From contig KZ538030.1 of assembly GCA_000934665.2 (NCBI GenBank), positions 124,001 through 172,107 on the forward strand: 48,107 bases of DNA. Direction: 5' to 3'. Source of the DNA: Catajapyx aquilonaris (taxonomy: Eukaryota). Shown here piece after piece: positions 40,001 through 48,107 of this stretch (the stretch's first letter is position 1; the number at the start of each line of letters is the position of its first letter). Under the pieces are notes generated by a model that made no database searches, was not told the origin of the DNA, and saw nothing but the letters and a program-made list of their open reading frames with translations. A program made the translations under genes and the position numbers.

Positions 40001-43000
40001 ATTTGCTAATCTTGTTTTGATTGAGTGTTGGCAGTATTGTTGGCCGGATTTATTGGGGCCTTATAACAGTCCCCTTTTGCAAAACTTCCTTTCGTTGTCG
40101 GTACTGGTAACGTCCTGCTTTTCAGAGGGTGATGCGGCATATTCTGGGGACCCTTGATAAGGAGGTGAGAGGTTTGTGTCTTGACAGGGAGAGAAACTGA
40201 TTCGGACAAAAACATGGAGCGTGTGTTAAAATGGCTGGCAAAATTTTTTCACTATAGGATTAGATGTGCTTGGATATTCCCACTCGAAAAAAATGGTACA
40301 CTCAATTATTATGGAAGGTACAAAACACGGTAATTTTTACAAAAAGTGCAACTTGGATTTTTTTTTTGTGGTGCCCAGAAAATGTCCCCCTTTTTTCCGT
40401 ATACACATTGTGTGAAACCTTGCATTTAACGGGCTGTTTTTTATATATGTAAATGTACATGTTTTTCAATTTTTATGGCGTGTCTTTTAATGTCTTTTGT
40501 ATATCATCATATGGAACAATAATAATACAAAATAGAGCTGAGACTCTTTTTATTGTCATGGACTATTCTTGCATTTCAGGGGCTCCATGCACGAACCTTG
40601 TACCCCGCATTTTTCTAAAACGCTGACACACTATGAGTGTAGTTTACATGTTAGCATGACCCCCCCTTTTGTTCCCCCTCTATGTAAATCAGTGTTACCA
40701 GGTTCATGCACGGAAGCCCTATATTTACTCTCCTCCTACTGTCGTATATACTGCTGGACATTACATATATGATGATAACAATATTGGGGGATGCAAATAC
40801 AGCGAGGTACTTCTTGACATGACGGTGCTCCTGACTCTTTCCCGTACCCTCTCCCTGAACCCCCCTGGACTTAATGGCAGGCGATGGAGCGGGCAAGACC
40901 TACATGGAGCATAAGCATCCGACCCCAACCTCAACCCCGGGTCACAGAGGCACCCCAGTCGTCGGTACCCCAACCCAAGTGACCACAATGACCTCCCCTA
41001 AAAAACCCGCCACTGCCACCACTGCCACCACTGCCACCACTTCTGCAACCACTGCCGCCGCTGCCTCCTCGGCTGCTCCTCCTGGCACCACTGCGGGTGA
41101 CCCAGCAGCAGCAGGCGCTGACCTGGCCCCACTGCACTCGTCCACAGGTAGCGACGGGCACGACTCGCTTGGGTATTTCTCCGAACCCGACGCTGATTAC
41201 TCTGCTGGAGGGGTGGGGACCATCATCGACCAATGATAGAAAAAAAAAAATTAATTACATGTGTACAGTAGTTAACAGTATACATACATCCTTCAACCCT
41301 AATTACTCCTGGCATACCGCACAGATTTCTCACATTTTCTTTCAAGTTGCACTTGGGGCAATCTGTATATTATGCTTGTTTCCTGCACTGGGGGAACTTC
41401 ATGGGCACTTATTTTGTGGTTGACATTGTCGTTTTATGGCATAATTCACATAAGGACGATTTGCGTATATATGGTAAAGTTAGAAGTAGTATGGGCACAG
41501 TGACCAAGTCGGCTTTATGTGAATAGGCCTTGAAACGCAGAGTCCAAGAGGAAGAAAATGGCAGAAGTGTTTAGTCCAGCAAACAGAGCAACAAGATTTG
41601 GGGTTGCCAGTGGCAATGAGAAAAAATCTACTCAAATCAGTTTCAAAAATTAATAAAAACAATTTGCTCTGAGACGAACAATAGTTTCTTCCGCTTTATC
41701 CTTTTGGCAGTTCAGTGCAACGACAGAGCGAAAGGGCCTTGGTAAAGGTATACCTGACCGAGATCAAGTAAATTCCAGCAGATTGTTTAGAAATGCGGGT
41801 ACAAACGCATACATGCAGTAGGTAGGGCAGTGGTACATTGTAGGTGATCTGTAGGAAATAATTTGCAGTAGAAGATCACCTATGGCATGGCCTTGTTCAA
41901 GGGGAGCGCACACTGAGAGTACACATGTCATGACAATCATGGTTAATTTATGGATAGCCCCTTGTTCCATGGACATGACCAAAGGTGCGAACACTACTAT
42001 GCTTGTTCCTGTTGTTGGGATGCCCAATCTGTCGTAAACGTGGGAAGCTTAGCATGTTATGTAAAAAAAAGAACACCTGCTAGCTTATGTCCCTCTAGCT
42101 CCACTTTATCTCTGGCTATGTCTTCTGTCGCTGCTTCAAGTCTCTTTTCTCGCTGTCTTTTTCTGCTCCTTTCTTCTTCTCTCTTTTTTTTCTCTCCCAT
42201 CTGTTACATTACACCCCAGGCGGGAAACCCCCTCCACCGTCCGACCCAATGACCACCTCCATGATCGGCGGCTTTGTCAACGGATTCAACGACAAAGGTG
42301 GCGACACACCGTCGCCAGCAGACGAGAAGAAGTCTTTGCCGATGTCAGCTGGAGGAGGAGGAATAGGAGGAGGCGACGCCGGCGCTGGCGTCGGCGCCAT
42401 CAGTCCTGGTGCTGGTGCAGTTGGTGGAGCCCCCGCGGTCTCCCCTCCCTCCGAGGTCAAAGGCGGAGGGCCAGCTGGAGACGTGGGCAAGCCCGTGGCT
42501 GGTACCACCCTGAGGTCACTCGAGGACCCAACCTTCATGTTTGATCCGACCACCCCGCCGACCACCACCGCATCCGTCGTCTCGTCCGAAGGCGCCTCCG
42601 CTCCAAGGGACATCCCTCAGGTGGATACCTTTACATCAACGGATGTTCTCGAATGGCCTGCCCTTTCTGGGGGCAGTCGCTGAGGAGTTATTCACTATTC
42701 CAGGTACACAGTCCGGGGTTAGTCCAGGGCGGACTGTATCTGTATGTAAGTGAATAACCCCTCGACGGGTGCCCTTCGAGAACACCCGCTTTTTCTCCCG
42801 AATGACGTATCAAAGTAACGCTTCATACTGTTAGGAACCTTCTTTCTCCTAATACCTCCCAGGTTGGTTACCGTGTCCTGGAAGCCCCCGGAGTGCCCTC
42901 GGACGTGATGTACCAGCCCACCGACTCGCCCGTGTTTGGCAGCAGCGGCGGAAGCAACAATGGCGCCGCTTCTTCCGGCAAGGGATCCCCGCCACAGCAG

Positions 43001-43234
43001 CCCTACAGGGTCCTGGAAGCACCGGAGCTCGGGAAGAAGACGTCTCCCGAAGGAGGAGCTGCATCCTCCTCATCTCCAGGGTCTTCCGGGACTCCGGGTT
43101 CCAGACCTCCTTCCTTGGTCTCGCCTTCTTCTGGAAGGTCCCTGGCCTCGGATGTGCTGGAAAAGGCGCGCACCCGATTCGATAAGTTCTGGGGAAGTAA
43201 GAATAAGGACTCGGACAAGGAGGGTAAGGTGTGA
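6935..43234 (+). CDS. MDM1: MDM1-family microtubule/centriole-binding protein; 15 coding exons in window, 5'-partial
   Basis: Exons 6935-7083, 23448-23618, 28420-28705, 32610-32793, 33742-33907, 34743-34873, 35077-35194, 35257-35323, 35409-35492, 36342-36482, 37992-38174, 39432-39665, 40881-41147, 42220-42620 and 42863-43234 join in one frame through GT-AG introns with matching phases. Recognised MDM1 blocks: EPILPRKKKHPELAY; (S/T)EYxxxF repeats; WFKEAVELRKKAGEYKYRGWGTELVPDHL...LWEQVS; C-terminal SLASDVLEKARTRFDKFWG. Confidence 0.9.
8251..8320. repeat. Two-copy degenerate tandem repeat of about 33 bp
   Basis: ctgttaaatttaacagtcgctgatttttgaataa followed by ctgtcaaattagcagtagctgatttcagaataa. 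Confidence 0.6.
10347..10431 (+). mobile_element. Second copy of the small TAGTAC-ended family
   Basis: Aligns with the reverse complement of 6206-6279 and with 9095-9150. Confidence 0.5.
12290..12866 (-). pseudogene. Decayed unidentified reading frame of about 190 codons (one frameshift, one internal stop)
   Basis: ORFs 12678-12866 and 12425-12706 can be joined by a frameshift in a homopolymer run; the frame continues past one TGA to a TAA at 12290-12292 that overlaps AATAAA. Confidence 0.3.
14167..14236. repeat. 70-bp palindrome, no spacer, one mismatch
   Basis: cattatttatgagcagtgaaaaaatccttacagtg|cactgtaaggattttttcactgcccataaataatg. Confidence 0.95.
16729..17171. mobile_element. Fold-back MITE-like element (about 55-bp arms) enclosing a Helentron/HINE-like non-autonomous insert
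   Basis: ggcctcaattagtgtcggccactttatcctgatcttgaagcaacccttc is mirrored at about 17122-17171; the interior has gtggggac/gtccccac inverted motifs, a degenerate TTAGG-like tract and a (GT)n end. Confidence 0.7.
19084..19350 (-). mobile_element. Non-autonomous Helitron remnant (Lep1-like architecture)
   Basis: On the minus strand: 5' TC...ataaagtacaaagtttgtctgtacg, internal tgaaacttggcacaca, and a 3' hairpin CCCGTGCGAAGAACGGG followed by a decayed CTAG end. Confidence 0.65.
20315..20329. other. Assembly gap (15 N) next to a poly-C run
   Basis: N run in the sequence. Confidence 1.
23448..23618 (+). CDS. MDM1: MDM1 exon (SEERSRARNLPSRRSRSEGPPSRALPLQSEYRLQFGWVG...AKTR), phase 0 to 0; not called in this frame by the ORF track
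   Basis: Acceptor gcctttttcag|TCG; donor AGG|gtagga; 171 nt open; continues DRAR|SEER and carries an SEYRLQF repeat. Confidence 0.85.
23760..23905. mobile_element. 146-bp MITE with CCATAGG...CCTATGG termini
   Basis: ccataggttctaaatgccaaaaaa pairs with ttttttgtcacttagagcctatgg; related copy at 30508-30643. Confidence 0.75.
24795..24944. mobile_element. Fold-back MITE-like element, about 60-bp arms
   Basis: atgaacgcgcatcctgacgacgcagccagtcttggaatt is mirrored by aattccaagactcgctacgtcgtgaggatgcgcacagttcat. Confidence 0.75.
26982..27067. repeat. Short degenerate inverted repeat
   Basis: gaattcggcgaaaataaat versus the reverse complement gaattttcggcaaattaaat. Confidence 0.4.
27980..28068 (+). promoter_or_regulatory. 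Cluster of four same-strand CCAAT boxes (candidate internal promoter or TE-derived repeat)
   Basis: CCAAT at 27980, 28007, 28037 and 28064 (spacing 27, 30, 27); three are GCCAATCA. Confidence 0.4.
28420..28705 (+). CDS. MDM1: MDM1 exon (MISSYPPP...SSEYRLQFAWPR...poly-Ala...PRKSLSMGAIRP...QDE), phase 0 to 1
   Basis: cctcag|ATG is either an acceptor or a start codon; donor GAAG|gtaaga; GC-rich coding composition; SEYRLQFAW and RKSLSMGAI motifs. The 5' boundary is less certain. Confidence 0.85.
28588..28629 (+). repeat. GCN trinucleotide tract encoding A6-E-A7
   Basis: gcagcggcggcggcggctgaggcggctgcggcagcggctgcg, in frame. Confidence 0.9.
30508..30643. mobile_element. Degenerate second copy of the 23760-23905 MITE family
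   Basis: Shares ggctc(g)taagtgccaaaaaaatctt, taccttcagtaccacgaa and tttttt(a)tcactt. Confidence 0.65.
32610..32793 (+). CDS. MDM1: MDM1 acidic exon (PTVSTNPLAELEAQLMATDE...DKPRKR), phase 1 to 2
   Basis: Acceptor tgcag|GT (an alternative in-frame AG gives a start at 32619); donor AG|gttagt; phases fit both neighbours. Confidence 0.8.
33742..33907 (+). CDS. MDM1: MDM1 exon (IPYKTEYRKKFRPFSQYDYADGRF...WFKEAVELRKKAGEYK), phase 2 to 0
   Basis: cacttag|G acceptor; AAG|gtactt donor; TEYxxxF repeat plus conserved W-x-x-E-x-x-ELR block. Confidence 0.92.
34567..34588. repeat. (AACCT)n / TTAGG-type interstitial microsatellite
   Basis: acctaacctaacctaacctaac. Confidence 0.85.
34743..34873 (+). CDS. 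MDM1: MDM1 exon (YRGWGTELVPDHLCDLYHKQLSLWEQVSRRSNLEALSLASASP), phase 0 to 2
   Basis: ttccttttgcag|TAT acceptor; AG|gtacac donor; conserved MDM1 core. Confidence 0.92.
35077..35194 (+). CDS. MDM1: MDM1 exon (SITKEEKERENTRKISPTKP...EKKK), phase 2 to 0
   Basis: ctctcttag|G acceptor; AAG|gtactg donor. Confidence 0.88.
35257..35323 (+). CDS. MDM1: MDM1 exon (TEKLEDHKEKEPRAKKEPPVPT), phase 0 to 1
   Basis: tctttcag|ACT acceptor after a 62-nt intron; C|gtgagt donor. Confidence 0.8.
35409..35492 (+). CDS. MDM1: MDM1 exon (HAKPRGSPPKSRPPISKLSDAKAKLSKE), phase 1 to 1
   Basis: ctgaccttttacag acceptor with a branch-like ctgac; G|gtaccg donor. Confidence 0.8.
35822..35930. mobile_element. Degenerate fold-back element
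   Basis: aaattctgccggaaaaatgtcaggaatat versus the reverse complement aaattcggctgaataagtgacaagaatat. Confidence 0.5.
36342..36482 (+). CDS. MDM1: MDM1 exon (ARSQSVGPDTRSPKRQARP...PERRPRP), phase 1 to 1
   Basis: cgtctcctccag acceptor; A|gtgagt donor. Confidence 0.85.
37992..38174 (+). CDS. MDM1: MDM1 exon (TSLTTTTNLSRPKSSTAPAPK...EPDRKGA), phase 1 to 1
   Basis: gctttttctag acceptor; A|gtaagt donor; completes RPRP|TSL. Confidence 0.83.
39432..39665 (+). CDS. MDM1: MDM1 exon (...VKSPPEPTRVKSPEQIVVRSPDPVNWTVPLDTGKTFTVTQNVRE), phase 1 to 1
   Basis: ctgtttcag acceptor; G|gtgagt donor; block recalled as conserved in arthropod MDM1 orthologues. Confidence 0.9.
40578..40720. mobile_element. MITE-like element, about 29-bp imperfect terminal inverted repeats
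   Basis: aggggctccatgcacgaaccttgtac versus the reverse complement of the right end, agggcttccgtgcatgaacctggtaac. Confidence 0.65.
40881..41147 (+). CDS. MDM1: MDM1 Thr/Ala/Pro-rich exon, phase 1 to 1; frame stays open to TGA at 41236 if the donor is skipped
   Basis: ggcag|GC acceptor in frame; donor ACAG|gtagcg at 41148; GC-rich coding composition. Confidence 0.7.
41877..41987. mobile_element. Degenerate fold-back element
   Basis: cacctatggcatggccttgttcaagggg versus the reverse complement of the right end, cacctttggtcatgtccatggaacaagggg. Confidence 0.55.
42220..42620 (+). CDS. MDM1: MDM1 Gly/Pro-rich exon (GKPPPPSDPMTTSMIGGFVNG...TTLRSLEDPTFMFD...DIPQ), phase 1 to 0
   Basis: Long pyrimidine tract (about 42120-42200) then cccag|GC; donor CAG|gtggat matches the phase of the last exon. 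Confidence 0.83.
42863..43234 (+). CDS. MDM1: MDM1 terminal coding exon (VGYRVLEAP...SLASDVLEKARTRFDKFWGSKNKDSDKEGKV*)
   Basis: cctcccag|GTT acceptor; conserved C-terminal helix ending in FWG; TGA at 43232-43234. Confidence 0.9.
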   Translation, partial: VGYRVLEAPGVPSDVMYQPTDSPVFGSSGGSNNGAASSGKGSPPQQPYRVLEAPELGKKTSPEGGAASSSSPGSSGTPGSRPPSLVSPSSGRSLASDVLEKARTRFDKFWGSKNKDSDKEGKV

Positions 43235-45230
43235 TTACAAGAAGAAGAAAAATGGTGGAAGACGAAGGAAAAAAAAAAATTACATATTATTCCAAGTCCC
43301 GACTCCGGTAAATCCCAAAGCCCATAGGGGTTAAATAGAATGCAAAAAATAAATGAGATTTCAAGGTTTAAAAAAAAAAGAGATAAATGAGTAGGGTTTT
43401 TCGCCTCCGTGCCAACTCACTCCCCTATAGATTGAAAAATATGACCTCACAGAGTTTGCGCTGTAGGGAAAAATATGTAGTGTTACTAACTGACGAAAAG
43501 AAAATCAGCAAAAAAAAAAGAAGTTTGAGCAATTTGTACTCTTATTTACTGGATTGGAAGTGAGTGAGAGGGAAATTTGTTTATATATTTAAAATGCTTG
43601 ATTACTGGGTGTGAATTGTGTTTCCTACGAGGGTTGAAGCAGGATGGTTTTTTTTGCAATCTTATTTGAATAAAAATGTCAAAACTGGATGCTGCATTTG
43701 AAGTACATATGTTTATTAGAAGAGGCAGTGAGCCGAATTTTCGATGCCCAGCCAGATTTATACTCAAGGTCACTGGGTGAAAGGTCGGGACTGCAGCGAA
43801 CGATTCGCCAATTAACTGTTGAAAATAGATAAAAAATGTGTAGCACTTTAATTCTGGTATCACAGTTACGAAATTTTTATTCAGTTATGTTTGCAAAAAT
43901 TATTTCCTGATTTCCTGTACTGAAAGAAAATATCGGGGTCGTCCCAAACTCTTGCTCAAGAAGAGGTGAGCATTCCGGGTTTTTGCTCTTGCAAATATCG
44001 CGTATCTGAATTCGCCAATTTCATTTTTGCTACGAAACATGCGTGAGTTTTACCCCCGTAGGAATAAAGTTTTCAACCACTTTATACAATGTTTATATCC
44101 TATGCGTTGTGAAGGCGAACCGATTTTGCGATATTTGTGGAAGCAAACCAAGATCATCCGTACACCCCCCTCAGTATTAATTAAATGTAATTAGTTTTTT
44201 TAAAACCTCCCCTTCCCCCATCCCTTAACCAACAACTTAGCAAGGAGCAGCCTTGTAACCCTTGTGCTTTACGAGCTCCACGTTTATAGCTGATTGAATG
44301 GGCATGTTGAAAGAGGTGTGTTGCGTTTCTATACAACCTTTGACCCNGAACCCACCCACCCCCAATTTTCAAAAAAAGAGAAAAAAAAATAACAAGTGTG
44401 GAGGTTTGTTACGATTGCCTGTAACTGATTGTTGACCATTTCCATAATGTGATGCTTACCGCTGTGACAATGCGTGGTGGGGAAGAGAGTTTTTTAAAAA
44501 TCAAACAAATTAATAAAATCTGTCTGGCCCCCTCCTCCTAGTTCTTCCTGCGAAGCCTGATAGCATGTAAGCCTCGATCGACTTGATTGTTTTAAAAAAT
44601 GGATTTGAAACAAAAAAAAGAGAATAATAAGAAGTCAGATGATGAGTATAGAACGAGTAGAGGTTTTAGTACGTTCGTGCCTGTATCAGGCGCAGGAGGA
44701 TGCTTGGTGCGACATTGTGTTTTTTGTGTGATGACTGATGACAATGATGATGACGATGTGATGATTAGAGCGAAAGAGAGAGAGAAAAAGAGAGTGAGAG
44801 AAGCGAGGATGTGGGATGGGATTATTGTGTCTCCTGTGATGTCTTGTACATCATAAAACTAACAACCCTTTCCCCCTCCCCTTGAAGTTTAAAAAAAGAG
44901 AGAAAAATCCAAGACCTCCACCCAATTTCAATTCGCCAATTAATTATTTTTTTTTGTATTACTTTCCACCATTCTCTCGAAGGAAAGCATTTTTCAAAAC
45001 ACTCCTTTTATCAAGATGAAAAAAAAGAAGAAAAGTGTTCATAGTTTCTGCCGATGGTAACAAGTAAATGCTTTGCCGTTTTGCACTGATCACCAGCTAT
45101 ATTTTGTGTTGTAAAAATAGGGAGTTCAAACCGAAAAGGATTTTTGAAAAAGGTCTGCCATCTATGTATCTCCTATTGTACGTAGCAATTGTATTTGGAA
45201 AAAATAAATGTCCGGCTTCTTCATTTTGAA
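43235..45230 (+). other. Probable 3' UTR with several candidate polyadenylation signals
   Basis: A-run-rich non-coding sequence; AATAAA at 43348, 43669, 44063, 44512 and 45203, the last followed by U-rich sequence. The end point is inferred. Confidence 0.5.
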
Positions 45231-45438
45231 TCATTTGTTTGGAGGGATATAGTGAGGGGTAATAATATTAATGGGAGGTGGGTGACATCTATCTACACAC
45301 AACCCAGTGTGATGCTGCATGTCGTCCTCCAGCCAGCTGAGGTAAGGTTGTGTGCATGAATTATTATTCAACAGTGGGATCCAATTCCCTTTCATGCTGG
45401 AACACCAACACTGTGTAGGTACAGTATGCAATCAACAT

Positions 45439-45561
45439 GGAAACAGGCCGTGCAAAAGGATGGGTTGTGATTGAGTATAACAATCAACAACAATCGAGGA
45501 TTATTGTTGCAACGGTTGCCATGTTAACCAATTGCCATGTAATCTCGTTTTAATTGTATGG
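45439..45561 (+). repeat. Left member of an inverted repeat pair of about 120 bp (partner 47480-47600)
   Basis: ggaaacaggccgtgcaaa...aatctcgttttaattgtatgg; roughly 90% identical by eye to the reverse complement of the partner. Confidence 0.9.
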
Positions 45562-46421
45562 TTATTTTTGTTGCATTTGAAACTGACAGTGAGCTACGTC
45601 CATAAGACCACATGCAAGCAGTAACTCTACAGAATAAAGTTGGAGGCTAGGACTATTTTATCGGAAGTACGATACATACTATAGTTCGTATAACGACATT
45701 ATTATGTGTGTGGTGTCTGTATATAGGGACAATAATAATTCAAGCCCAGATAATGCCACGGCGCGTATTTTAGAGAAGAGCTAGCAGTAGCTGCTATGCT
45801 GTTACGTCATGTGAGTGAGTGACGTCAGATCCTTGAATCCGGAGAGTGGGTGGGTGGGTGGATTTTCGTCCCATTTCGTGACTGCACGTGAACCGAGGAG
45901 GTACTGCACCTGTCCTGGACAATAAGTGGCACCAAGTGTACCGCATGATATCACCTGACAGGTACGTTGTAACGTGTACTTACACAATATTATTAGTAGA
46001 GGATGTAGCACACGACTGACGTATAAAGTGTACTTATTAAATTGTTTTGTCAAATTGGAGTGGGGGCAATTTGATTTTGTAATTAACTCATAAACCATTT
46101 TGTACGTAGGCGCTGCTGCGAAACACAAGCATTGTCTTCATGGACCTGATACAACGATGGTAGCCTTTAGCCTACCGCACGACAAATGCAGTCAAGTTGG
46201 GCCAAACTGTGTCGACCAGACGTCATCAGGGTGCCGGCAGTGATTTTGATGGTGAGTTGCACTAAAATGTTTTTTGGTCAAATGAAATGCCTACTGTGTA
46301 TGTCACAAGGTTAAAGGTCATAGTTGGGTATAAAATTGCCTCATCACATCAGACTTGTATTTCCCACCTGGAGGGAAGTATAGGCACGTGAAAACCGCTC
46401 TTATATTAATTACATTATTAA

Positions 46422-46547
46422 GGGCCAATTTTGCCGAGCTCGGTATATGATAAAACCAGGTTTCTTTCAGAAAATCCATACAAATATGTAGGGATTTTCC
46501 GAAAGAAAACTGGTTTTATCACATACCGAGCTCTGCGAAACCGGCCC
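46422..46547. mobile_element. 126-bp near-perfect hairpin MITE, PIF/Harbinger (Tourist)-like
   Basis: GGGCC...GGCCC termini; arms pair along almost the full length; flanks TAA and TGA resemble a 3-bp TWA target duplication with one mismatch. Confidence 0.8.
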
Positions 46548-47479
46548 TGAATAATCGGATATGATGCTGCTCAATTTTACCAGGTACATGCATTACGCAT
46601 AGTCCAGTACGTGTAGGGCTACCATGCTTATCAAAATGCCTCGTGTGATATTCAGTATAAGGTTGGTTGATTATAATCCTGAGACCGCATTAGACTGCTG
46701 CGCCTACCAAAAGTTAATTTTGGCCTAAATATTTCATGGAGGTCAATACCGAAAAACCAGCTTCACATAAATAGGTAGTGGTAAATGGTATTAACCCATC
46801 AGTTATGCCGAGTGTCCCCTATAGGGGACACCTGCAAAGTTGTTACATTTTTTTTTTTTTTTGCGAAATGCTGGGCCCTTCGTTAGATTAGACTGTTCCA
46901 GCCGTATGCAAAATATCAGTGTCGTCAGACGTTTCGATCTGGGTGAAAACAGCGTTACGTACCATCCAAACTGAGCGCAAGCACCCGACAACGTGTAGCT
47001 CAGATTACGCTCGCCAATGCAAAAAGCAGTGGATGCTTCTTGTGCCGGGACACCTCTGGAGCACAGGTCATGTTTGACACAAAAAAAACGCGTATACGCA
47101 TGTTTATACCCTTCTTTCGCCAACTTGCAAGCGTCTTTTGTCCGTGAACTTACAGAAATGTGCGCGAAANTTAAGATACAGGTGTTTGAGTTTTAAGGCA
47201 GGAAATAATGGCTGCACCTCCACGTTCCGAAGACGATTAGTAATTAATTCTCGAATGTTGATTAGCATTGAGTTATTTTTCGTTTGTAATACTTAGAAGA
47301 CTTATGGATGATGATGTCGATGTGGAAATATAGGCATATTGTTTACTTGTCTGAGAGTAGCGTTGAAATGTGGTGTCTCCTTGGAGGAACGCAAGAGGCA
47401 AATGCACCCACATTTGGACAAGTAAAGTATAACTTATGTGTGGATTTTGTATGCTTTGTTGAACTGTATTTTAATGAAT

Positions 47480-47600
47480 CCATACAATTAAAACGAGATT
47501 ACATGGCAGTAGGTTAACATGGCACCCGTTGCACCAATAATCCTTGATTGTTGTTGATTGTTACTCAATCGCAACCCCATTCTTTGCACGGCCTGTTTCC
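47480..47600 (-). repeat. Right member of the inverted repeat pair of about 120 bp
   Basis: ccatacaattaaaacgagatt...tttgcacggcctgtttcc. Confidence 0.9.
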
Positions 47601-48107
47601 GTGATTATGCAATCGACAACAATCAATCATGGGTGATGATATGAAACTATGGATATTGCTCAATGTCACTGTTGCCATGGTAATGTAATGAACAACTATT
47701 ATAGCCATACTAGGTTACGTAAATATCATTTGAGAAAGTCATGAATGAAGTATCACTTGCCTTGGAGCTCGTGTCAGTGCAATACAGTTATAATATTAAC
47801 AGGACTAGATATTGTTCCCTTTTGGGTGGAATATTTGTGATTAGAAGGAGAGGAAGATCTATCATTTCACTTACAAATTGAGGCATGTGAAAATCAATTG
47901 AGATGTGTGTACTAAAATATTGTCATTTATTTTAATTTATTGCGTAGTGTCAATTATTGCATTTTTACTAGAGGAAGGCAATGCCATACTACAATGCCAA
48001 TTATTATTGTTCAAAATGTGGATTTCTGTGATCATAATGCTATTGCAATAATGATTAATGGTAACTGTGGTAATTGGTAATTGCAATTATTTATGCTTTA
48101 TTGATAT

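Noticed and set aside
42621..42683. Read-through tail VDTFTSTDVLEWPALSGGSR* as another terminal exon
   Set aside because: Short, no AATAAA before the next exon, and expected by chance after a donor
1..48107. tRNA, rRNA, snRNA, tRNA-derived SINE, intact transposase or reverse transcriptase
   Set aside because: No cloverleaf, A/B boxes, rRNA motifs or catalytic motifs were recognised; most short ORFs in the track are chance frames in intronic DNA

Overview
Eukaryotic (most likely arthropod) genomic DNA, roughly 40% GC, with a few N gaps. The window is dominated by one + strand, intron-rich gene encoding an MDM1-family (SAXO/Mn-type SEY-repeat) microtubule/centriole-associated protein. I traced 15 coding exons from 6935 to the TGA at 43234. 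All junctions are GT-AG with consistent phases (2954 nt, about 983 codons); the 5' exon(s) lie outside the window. The sequence suggests isoform complexity: a possible internal promoter (four phased CCAAT boxes) before an ATG-led exon, a composite internal/terminal exon giving an alternative C-terminus, and a run of frame-preserving exons. The introns and 3' flank hold many short fold-back (MITE-like) elements, a 70-bp zero-spacer palindrome, a Lep1-type Helitron remnant, a Helentron-like element nested in a hairpin element, and decayed ORF-like islands I cannot identify. I found no prokaryotic-type system, CRISPR array, tRNA or rRNA. Family assignments come from recalled motifs, not database searches.
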